DNA from: Octopus vulgaris
Taxonomy: Eukaryota
Assembly: GCA_951406725.2 (NCBI GenBank)
Contig: OX597828.1
Coordinates: 6,138,001-6,202,000, forward strand
Length of the DNA stretch: 64,000 nucleotides
Reading direction: 5' to 3'
A model generated the notes under the pieces. It searched no databases, was not told the origin of the DNA, and saw only the letters and a program-made list of their open reading frames with translations. Position 1 is the first letter of the stretch. Every line of letters starts with the position of its first letter. Of the stretch, positions 53,730 to 64,000 are shown piece after piece. Made by a program: the position numbers and the translations under genes.

Positions 53730-56135
53730 TCAAATCGATTTACCACTGCTGGCTTGCAGTATCCTTTTGAAGAAAGGCTTAGGAGATGGTACTCCGATAT
53801 AAAACCTGCGGTCAACTTAGTACTAGTCATGTTGCTTCGCTTGTCACTGGAATCTACTACTTTGATCCAGAGGGTGACAAAAGTGTTGTACAAGCGTTTG
53901 TCACTGAAATCCAATGAAGTGCAGATGTCCCCGACAAAACACCATCATCGTACAATCATCACTTTTCAAAAGTCCTATGGCGATAGAGACGTGGCGTTGT
54001 ATGCAGACTTGACCAGTTGGTAGCATACAGTTACAAATCTGCACATAAGGCGGCATAGGTTTTATATTAACGTCGCTAACCATGTTTTCATGGACACGAA
54101 GTGTTTTCGGTGAAGGACCCTGTGTCTGAGCAGCCCTTTTAAGAACGCTGATCACCTGGATATACTGGAAAGGTGCTAGAAAAGGTGCACTAAAAATTGT
54201 CTCTTCTCTCTCAGCTGGTTAGGCTATTGCGGCTTACGGTGGTTCCGTTTAGCAGGAATGAACCAAGAATTTATATAAACAATGATAACAAGTATGCAAG
54301 GAATAGAGTTTCTCTTGACCTGGCCTGTCGGAATGTGAGAACTCTTTAAGATCGAGCAGATAGGCCTAAACGAAGAACAGCACTAGTAATTAAGGTGCTA
54401 AGGCGTTTTAATATTGATATTGCAGCTCTTTCTGAAACATGATGTTCAGATGAGGATCATCTTGTTGAAAGAGCGGCAGGTTTTACATTATTCTGGGTTG
54501 AGAAGCCGGAAGGAGGGAAAAGAAAAGGGTTTGTAATTAGTAGTGGTTGTGCTAAAAGACCTAGAATAACTACAAAGCATAAATACACGCATAATGAAAC
54601 TCCAGATGCCTATTTCTCGTGAACGCTTTGTGTTTTCTTTATTTATGCTCCTACACTTTCAGCAATCAGGAAAATATCCATGCATGAGTAGCTTAGAAGA
54701 AGTATTCTGTCAGTCCCTTTGAATGAGAAGATGGTTGTGCTTAGCACGTGTTGGTAGAGACTTCGACGTTGGAATGTACTTGGGCGTTATGGAACAACAA
54801 TGGGTTGCATCCGTTACAAATATACTCTGAGCTAGGATTGATTGTTGGGAATACTTTCTTTCGGCATAAGAGGAAACATAAAGTTACTTGGATTCATCCA
54901 AGACCAAAGCAAGGTCACATGATTGACTTTGTATTAACTCGGAAAGCGGAATACAAGATTTTTGCAGTCTCAGAGTATTGTGAACTGCTGATTGTGATAC
55001 TGATTATAAAATGGTTAGGACCAAGTTCAAGTTCAGGGTCCGTAAGAAGATTCGTAGTACTGATGTACGACTTGCAAAGATTATTGATGTAGAGCAGCTA
55101 AAACAGCAATTTTGCGGTTGTCCGTGCCAAGACAAACATATTTTGGGGAATGGAACAAGGCTAGAAGTCGCTGACACCTTTGTTTACCTAAGAAACACAC
55201 TATCGAAAAGGGAAGAGAAAGTATTGTATTTGGAAAGCTCGAAAAGTGATTATAGGCGAATAAAGCATGTGTATTGTTTTCACTTCTTTATTCAAGTGAG
55301 ACATGGACCACTTACAAGCGTCACATAAGAATGCTGGAAAGACGTATCTTAAGAGAAAAATAGGAATGTTACATATCATATATAGAATTTTGTGCAGGGC
55401 ACGTTGTAGCGCAATTGGACAACATTTTATCTTGGCTGAAATTAGATGGACGGGACATGTTATTAGAATAAAAGACGAGCATTTGCCAAAATGGCTTTTT
55501 TATAGTGAGCTCAACTCTGGTAAGCGACCACAACATAAGCCGAGGAAAAGGTACAAAGACGGTGTGAAGAAAAACCTAAATGAGCAAAAATTATTGGGAA
55601 AATGATGCGCCAGATCGGAATGAGTGGAGAGGTGCTGTTAGGACTGGTTTTAATGCCTGGTGGGAGGAAAAATGAGTCAGCACTCTGAACTTAAAAGGGC
55701 CTGTCGCAAAGGAACAATTGGAACTGTAAACAACAGTGAACATTGGATATGTATTATATGTGACCGTGTTCTGTTGTCAAAAGCAGGATGGGTGAATCAT
55801 ATGAAGTCACATGAACATTGAAATGCCCAGATAGGTAATGATCTTGGGCACCAACCACCTCTTACGATTTGTGTTATATGGCAAAAAACATGTAAGACAT
55901 CTGGAGTTAAAAGACATATGCTAGGTCACAAAACATACCTTCAGAATCAGATGCCAAAGGTCAAAGATATAGAAGAAACTTAAATAACATCTGTCACTTG
56001 TGTTTTAAACCTGTTAGTCAGCAGATGGTCTTAAAAGTCATCTAATTGCTCACCAAGGGAGTGATTGTATTATGCGATTGGGTGTGGTGTGTGTTAATGG
56101 GACGGTTATCATTTCTTAAGATGAAGCAATCATCA
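53730..56135 (+). mobile_element. RTE-clade LINE, decayed, RT core deleted, with C-terminal C2H2 fingers
   Basis: APE motifs NVRTL, IDIAALSET and NTFFRHKRKHKVTWIHPR..HMIDFVL; RWTGHVIRI..LPKWLFYSEL..GKR..KPRKRYKD; C2H2 motifs at 55741-56053. Confidence 0.85.
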
Positions 56136-57250
56136 TATATACATATATATCCATGCATGTGTACATACATAAATGTACACATAGTGGTATATGCGTGTGT
56201 ATATACATTTGCCAATATCTGTGCATACATTTTTGAATTTTCCAAAAAGAGGAAAAAATCACAGCAGAATATAATTGTCTATCATTGTACTAAGGTTACT
56301 CGGTGTTGCTACATCGAGATATCGCTGACCTCCTTGAATCATGGCACTGAGGTTGTTTTATAGTGCACAGTATATTTTAGGTGAGTATTCTTGATATGGA
56401 AGTCATTTGATACATCAAAAATAGAAAAATACATATATTAATATGTTAAACCGACAAATTTTACATCTTTGAATTTAAACTCGAAACTCAGATGTTTCTA
56501 GACGAATTAGCCGCTAAATCTGCCACGAGCGGCTGATCGCATATAATATCAAAGGAATCACACATACCTCGGTGGATGAGTTCTTACAAAGAATTGTGTG
56601 AGTTTTAATTGTCCATTGAAATTAATTATTGAAATTTTCCATCAATTTCGGGGTCTCTCTTTCTAGTAGAACTTTATTTTGGAACGCAGACAAGTAAGGA
56701 AATACACTAGGAAGATCGCTGTCGCAGCTATGACCGGCACGAAGTGATTCTGGATGGAGGCGAAAGTTAATTTGATCCCTGTTGCTGTAGGGGAACACTA
56801 ATTCAGTCCTTACTGTTGTAGGCGAAAGTTAATTCAGGCTCAAAGCCGAAATAACTGTGACCCTAAGATACCTGCTGAAAACAAAGTAGGGCATCAATGT
56901 GATAGCTTCAGTCGACCTCAACAGAACAACTTGCAGCATCTCTATGTTGGTACATTCATTTTTGTTTGAGGTTAAGCTTCTTTGATATTTTCTAAAGTAC
57001 TCATTTTGAGAAATGACGAGGTTCTAATGGGTTTTATATTACAATACGCGCCTAATTCAAGAGAGAAAATTGTTTTAAATTGCATACAACATTTGTACTA
57101 ATATAGCAACCTTCACTAACTGTTTATGTCATCCCTTATTTTAATATTTAAGTACTGCGTCATTTTCACTCTCCTGCCCTCCTTCTTCATCACAAATGTT
57201 AAAAAGGGCCAACACCCTAAGGACATTTTATACGGAGATACACACACGAA

Positions 57251-57316
<66 letters not shown>

Positions 57317-57359
57317 TACATACACACACATACATATATATATACGTACGGACACACAC

Positions 57360-57416
<57 letters not shown>

Positions 57417-57637
57417 ATTATATATATATATATATATATATGTCTATGCATATACACAGATATACTCAAACTTAAATAATCACATCGGCAAGCACACATG
57501 CACACGTACACATACACACACTAATACTAAGATACACATATACAAAGGCTGAAATGTGCCTCTCCAGGGAAATATATCTTCTTCAGTCTCCCATGTAACT
57601 GTCACGATCAATAATAATGATAATAATAATAATAATA

Positions 57638-57670
<33 letters not shown>

Positions 57671-57688
57671 GTTATTATTATTATTATT

Positions 57689-57807
57689 ATAGCCCTAATA
57701 CCCCTTACAATAACCATCAGAGCATCACAACAAATCACACCACATACCTAAGGCACACAGAGCTGCGCTCGGTAGTGAAGTGAAAGCACGCTATAAAAAT
57801 AAAACTA

Positions 57808-57822
<15 letters not shown>
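57689..57822 (+). mobile_element. Short R4/Dong-type fragment embedded in (TAA)n
   Basis: Starts with a 22-mer identical to RT sequence at 58025-58046, flanked by (TTA)n and followed by (AAT)n. Confidence 0.5.
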
Positions 57823-57873
<51 letters not shown>

Positions 57874-57902
57874 CATAATAATAAAAATAATAGTAATAAT
57901 AA

Positions 57903-59865
57903 GCACATGTCAGAGTGGAAACGAATCTCCAACTATACCACGCTAATGGAGTACTGACCGCAAAATATATTAATTTCAACTGCGGTATTTCCCAGGTGAC
58001 TCACTTTCACCTCTAATTTTCTGCATAGCCCTAATACCCCTTACAAGTGAGCTTAACATAACAGGGTATAGATACAAAATTGGCGACAAGGAAATAAGTC
58101 ATCTATTTTATATGGATGACTTAAAACTCCACGTAAAAGACAATAATTAACTTGAAGGACTGTGAAAGCATTCAATGATGACATTGGGATGGAATTTGGT
58201 CTTGATAAAAGTGCCAAGGCCACTTTCCAGGAGGGGAATCTGAACCCCTCACATTCAGTGAAGCTGGATATTGAAACAGTCATAAAAGAACCCGAACAGG
58301 AACAAACTTACAAGTACCTCGGAATAAATTAAGGTTCTGGCATTCAGCAAAGAAGTATGAAAGAAAAGATCAAGAAGCAACGTTACAGGGGAGTTCGAAT
58401 AGACCTAAAATCCGAGTTAAATGCACGTAACAAGCTGTTAGTTATAAATTCAGTTGTTATTTACTGGAATTCCAGTTGTTATTTACAGTTTCAATGTATT
58501 AAACCGGTATATGAGGGAAATAAGGAAGGTTGACCTGAAAATCTGTAAGCTGCTGACTTGCAATAAGAGGCACCACGTAAAGACGGACGCAGATTATCTT
58601 TACCTACCCAGATCTCAAGGAGGTCGAGACTTGATCCAATTTGAAATCTCCTACAAAACCACCACAACTGGACTGGCAAAATATCCTGAAATATCTAACG
58701 ACTAGATGCTAAACCTCGTTGAAAATCATGAAAGACCTAAAAAGCTGCATTCTGTTATAAAGGAGAGCAAAATATTTTCAAGTGAGTTTATGCATAATAG
58801 GCAAGTTGAACAGCATGATGGAAGTGCAGCAAATGTAGCTGAATGCAAGGTTAAATCAATAGCAAAGCAAAATGCGTTTAGACAACTGGCCGATAGGTGG
58901 GAGCAAATCCTCTGCATTGCAAATATGTGGCCCATAGCAAACAAGCTGATGTAGACCAGAAGCACTCCCATCAGTGGCTACGGAGCTCAAGACTAAAGGC
59001 ATAGAGTGGAGGCTTTATCTTGGATGCCCAAGATCAGAGCTTTGTGGCCCGGAACTATCAAGCCAATGTAATGAAGAATGATGTAGACCTAAAGTGCCGA
59101 TACTGTAACGATGTGATAGAAACGGTGGACCACATAGTCTCTGCATGTAAGGCTTTAGTACTTGTAGAGAACAAATCAAGACATGACAGAGTTGGCCAAT
59201 ATCTACACTGTCGGCATTGTAAAATCAAAACAGCTGGCAAATGGTACAACCAACTTCCTGAGGCTGTAACTGAGGGAGAAAATGTAACTATTCCTTTGGA
59301 CTCCCTAGTATGTACAGACCGGACCATTAAGGCAAACAAACCAGATATTGTTGTGAAAGACCAAAACAATAAAGTCTGGTTATCAACTGACATGAGCATA
59401 CCCTGTGACCATAATATCTCCGCAAATAATTTGATATGCTCAGAAAATATAAAGATTTGCTCATCGAAATCGAAAAGATATGGCGTCTGATGACGGTTAC
59501 AAAACCAGTCATTATAGGAACATTTGGAATGATTAAAAAAGGAACTGGAAATTATTTAAGAATGATCCCTGGTCTACCATCTATGCAGAAAGAGCAAAAA
59601 AAGTGTCTTAACTGTTACGGCACACGTATTGGGAAGAGCATTGTCGCCGTTAATTTTCTTTCCCTTTTCCCCTTAAATTTCTTTGCTTATGTTTTTATTT
59701 TCTATTTTTTCTTTGTCTTTCTTCCCCGTTTTATCTATCACATGGACAATTTAGTGTGTTTATTTTAATAGCCTACAAATGTACACAGTGCGTTTCTCTG
59801 CACTAGATTTTAGGAAGACACTCAGCAAGAAATGTAAAGAGAATTGAAAGATGGTAATGAACATA
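57903..59865 (+). mobile_element. R4/Dong-clade non-LTR retrotransposon (RT plus restriction-like endonuclease), 5'-truncated, in (TAA)n
   Basis: GDSLSPLIFCIALIPL, SHLFYMDDLKL, YKYLG, LYLPRSQGGRDL, CRYC...ETVDHIVSAC, RHD, KPDIVV, KYKDL; (TAA)n on both sides matches known Dong targeting. Confidence 0.9.
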
Positions 59866-59883
59866 ATAATAATAATAATAATG

Positions 59884-59951
<68 letters not shown>

Positions 59952-59965
59952 AAAAAGAAGAAGAA

Positions 59966-60015
<50 letters not shown>

Positions 60016-61103
60016 AACGATGATGACGGATGCTGGTGTTGATGATAACAATATTAACAACAATAATAACAATATGAGTATACATACATATATATATATA
60101 TATACAAACATACATACATATATAAATACATATATATAGAGAGAGAGGGAGAGAGACAGACAGACAGAGACAGAGAAGAGACAGAGAGCGTGGTGGATAG
60201 ATAGATATGAATATATATATACATACACAGACACATTGCATCGGAATCGATACACCGAGTGCCTCAATCGCATTTTCAAGCAAATGACTTTATTCAATTA
60301 TACAGTCTTACGAATTGAACAAGAAAATCATCTGCTTTCACTAAATTATTTAATGCTAGGTTTTAGGCGCACAAATACCTTTGTTAACGCTATAGTGTCG
60401 TCTTTTCTATATGTTCTGTTATTTATGTATGCCCTTAATATTCCTATCGGCATTCCAATACATACTTATTTTAGATATTGATTATATCGAACAGTTGCAT
60501 GAGAGTTTTGCACTTTTAATGTAGCGCAAAGTTGACATCTTTATAAAACATTGTCGTAAGTTGTGGTGGCATCATGTATTGACCAAGATATTGACATATT
60601 ATCAGCAGAGTCATTCTCCTTTAAGTCCCAGATATACTGAGAGAGCAATGCATGCGTATTTATTTATTTTCTAATGTCGTACAACTACTGACTGAATTTT
60701 CTTATATTTGTTCTTCAACTTTCGATTTGTAGTCACTGATATAAATTACTTTTGATCCAATCTGCCCTCAGGTCATTATATTGTCCTGTAATCCTATCTA
60801 AGTGCTATTTGGTATTGAAAAAATAGATGATTTTGTTGTATTCTTTTTATTTTCTAATGTTGAATTTGGTTGATAATATACTATTGGGTTCCCTGTCAAC
60901 TGTTTGGATGTTATACAGTGTTTTCTTATATTGTGTCTGTGCGTGAGTGTGTGCGCGTCTGTGTGTGCATGTAGTTGAGCGGGTATTTGTGTGTGTATGT
61001 GTATATGTATCTTTGCACGTATATATGTTGTGTATGCGTGTATTTGTAACTGTGTATATATACATATGTAAGTACATATAAATATGCATGTATATATATA
61101 AGT

Positions 61104-61139
<36 letters not shown>

Positions 61140-61149
61140 GGATATATAT

Positions 61150-61350
61150 AATTAATAAAAATATAAATGAGAAAAAAGGACAATAGCAAAACAATGACGT
61201 GAGGACTTGGTACATGCAAAGTATTAATAAGACGAGCAGAGAAGAATCGAAAGGGTGTTTTACGTTTCGAGCAAAGCTCTTCAGTAGAAAAAGAAGTCAG
61301 GGAAATGTCCATAGGAAAAGGAAGATGGCGGAAAAAATGCCCATACGGTT
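61150..61350 (-). mobile_element. PLE-terminus-like element with decayed hammerhead (61257-61290)
   Basis: Minus strand CTACTGA-A-GAGC ttt GCTC-GAAACGTAAAAC; homologous to 20609-20813. Confidence 0.65.
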
Positions 61351-61455
61351 TTTATAATTATTTATATATGTTGTGGTATATATTATATTCATAGTATTTA
61401 ATGTAATATTGTAATATAAATAAATCATTAAATGTCAAAAGAATATATCTCTAAT

Positions 61456-61521
<66 letters not shown>

Positions 61522-61547
61522 CTCTCTCTCTATATATATATATATAT

Positions 61548-63204
61548 ACTAGCAGTATCGCCCGGCGTTGCTCGGGTTTGTTTCGACCCGCTGGAATTGT
61601 AATTTTGAAAAGTAAAAATTTTGTGAACATTTTTCTGGTCGAAATACACCGAAAAGTGGCGACACAGCAGTGAAAAAATCGTAAAAAATAGGGATTTTCA
61701 TAGAAAAAAGCATCTTTTTGATGTAAATAATTTTTGGTGTTAACATGGTCCGATTTGAATTTTATGTTCTACGGAAGGAAGAGCAACCCTTCTTCTACCA
61801 TACTCTCAATTTTGGTCAACTTGCGCCGCAGGGTCTCGGAGGAGATAGTGTTAGTTGAAGGTTACCATTGTAGGTGCCTGAGTAACAACCTCGCGGATTT
61901 ACAGATAAATGAATTAATTACTATTTTACAGAATAAAATTAAATAATTCTTGAAAATTAATTAATATTAATATTTTTTGAACAAAGTAAATAATTTTTAA
62001 AAACTTAAATAATAATTTTTTTTACACAAACGCGAACGGGGAAAAGGGGGTGGCGAATTCGATTTACATACCTAAATTTTTTCTTTTTCATGACATTGTA
62101 GCAAAATAGTAGTGAATTATATAAATACCAGCAGTACATTTTTTTTTCTGGGGTATTTTTTTCAACCTCGTCACATATTTGCCCCTTTCAATTTAAACAA
62201 AGTCTTAATTAAGCAATTACGGCAGCTTAGCAATGGTTTCAATACAGGCGTGACATGTGTATCTCAATTGTTCAAAACCCTTCGAATTTTTTCGCACGTG
62301 ATGATATCATAGTGAAAACTTTCAATTACGCGCGCTTAGAAGTACGCTCGCAAATTAATACTACCAAAATTTTGAAGTTCGCGCTCCGCTTGTGTGTGTG
62401 TGTGTGCGTGCTTTAGGTGTACGTAGGTATGTGTTTTTGTGTGTGTGTGTCACTGAAGCCATACATACATATATACATACATAACCTCTCTCTCTCTTTT
62501 CTCCCTCAGTCACTCACTACAAAAAGTGAATAAAAAAAGTTCAGTTATTTCTGTCTTTCACTCTGTCTGTCTCTTTACACACACTAGCAAAAGCACTTCA
62601 CTTACACACCACACTTTCTGTGTCGCACAACCCATCAAACACACACACACACTCACGCACGCACACATGTATATCAATGCTTTCGGAGTGAAATGTTAAA
62701 ATATTGAGTTTTCTCGAATTTTGTCTTAATTGGGGGTGAAATTGAAAGAAATATATTATGGCATGACCGAATGGAGTACTTTGAAAAATCTTAGGTAAAC
62801 TCTAATTGAAGAAATTGTGTGAGGAGTAAATCGTTATGTATTTATTTGTTTCTGTTTGCTGTGTTTTTTTATTTTTTGAGTAGTGGTTTAAATACTTTCA
62901 GTTTAGTCTTCCTCAAATCACTCTGTCGCTATTTACTTTCATTTTATTCGTTGCACACTGTGTGTGTGCGTGTGCGTGTGGTGTAAACCACATTAAGAAA
63001 AGCATTTGACATACACACCAGAATGTGAGTTTTCTGTAAATTTTGCTACATTGGAGTTTAAATTTTAAAAACTGGACCTGGCATGACCCAATGCATTCTA
63101 CTCTTAAAAATGCTAGGTAAATTGTAATTGAAGAAATCCTATATTGTAGATTTCTATAAGTTACAAAGGGAGGCAGATAAAATCTGCCTTTTATAATAAG
63201 AGAT
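61548..63204 (+). mobile_element. Non-autonomous Helitron-like element (Lep1-type ends)
   Basis: 5' ACTAGCAGTATCGCCCGGCGTTGCTCGGG hairpin; 3' hairpin AGGCAGAT-AAA-ATCTGCCT then TTTATAATAAGAGAT; TA flanks; internal repeat at ~62760 and ~63080. Confidence 0.55.
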
Positions 63205-63219
63205 ATATATGTACACACA

Positions 63220-63325
<106 letters not shown>

Positions 63326-63338
63326 AACTCACACGCAT

Positions 63339-63559
63339 ATTAATCCCGCAATCATCGCGGGCGTTACATTTCGAAACCCCCCGCAATAGTCGAAAATCTG
63401 CGAAATAGAAGTAGTAATTTAGTGTATATTCTTTTTTATTATTTTTTTAGTTATTTAGTTATTTTATTATATAGTTATTTTATTATATATGGAAAACAAC
63501 ATCACGGTGGAATCGACGTAAGCTTAAATAATAAACCGCGATATAGCGAGGGATTATTG
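63339..63559. mobile_element. pogo/Tigger-like MITE
   Basis: Imperfect TIRs TAATCCCGCAATCATCGCGG and CCGCGATATAGCGAGGGATTATTG, followed by TA. Confidence 0.6.
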
Positions 63560-63730
63560 TACTTTGCCTTTCATCCTTTCAATTTACCTCCGTGCTCTTT
63601 CCACCTCCATCTTTCTTATATACATACATTCATATATATATATATATATATAAATATATATACATATATATACGCACACACACACACACACGCACACACT
63701 CCCACACACACATATATATATATATATATA

Positions 63731-64000
63731 ATTTTAAAATAGGATGAAATATTTATAAGAATTTATCAAGTAGTTAGCGTGAAAAACCTCATAAGAAAAA
63801 AAGAAGCATCAATTTTTTTCTGTTAAATGTATTCATTTTTATTTTATAGAGGGCATTATTACACATAAATGCCTCACGCTAGGAGGGACATTCAAAGTCA
63901 AAACTACTAAAGTAAACATATCCTGCCGAAAGCAAATCTCGAAGCAATCATTTAGAAAAAGAATTTAGCTGCAGATCACTAGTGATTTCGTAATTAGCGC
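63731..64000 (-). mobile_element. Probable PLE-terminus-like element running off the window
   Basis: Reverse complement CACGCTAACTACTTGATAAATTC...TTTCATCCTATTTTAAAATT-(TA)n resembles the 3' ends at 4300-4378 and 47221-47272. Confidence 0.4.

Overview
AT-rich eukaryotic non-coding window made up almost entirely of microsatellites and transposable-element debris. The SINE families and the (TA)n/(TCTA)n/(AAT)n load suggest an octopus or other coleoid cephalopod (inference). I can support no host protein-coding gene, and most listed ORFs are microsatellite artefacts. Recognisable elements: (1) three tRNA-derived SINE families in many copies; (2) four Penelope-like element (PLE) 3' fragments encoding GIY-YIG endonucleases (three Neptune-like, one Naiad-like); (3) a near-intact 1.63-kb Tc1 IR/DR transposon and a decayed maT-like transposase; (4) RTE, CR1-like and R4/Dong LINE remnants; (5) a Ty3/gypsy gag fragment, a Helitron-like non-autonomous element and MITEs. 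Two things stand out. First, a 2.47-kb retroposed element with a 15-bp target-site duplication encodes only a zinc-knuckle ORF1/Gag-like protein, has no RT, carries an array of stem-loop repeats in its 3' UTR, and sits in the tRNA-like head of a SINE. Second, there is a dense population of short non-coding PLE-terminus-like elements in or next to (TA)n tracts, carrying minimal hammerhead ribozyme motifs (some with a compensatory U3-A8 core) and fold-back inverted duplications. All calls were made by eye with no database searches; boundaries of decayed elements are approximate.
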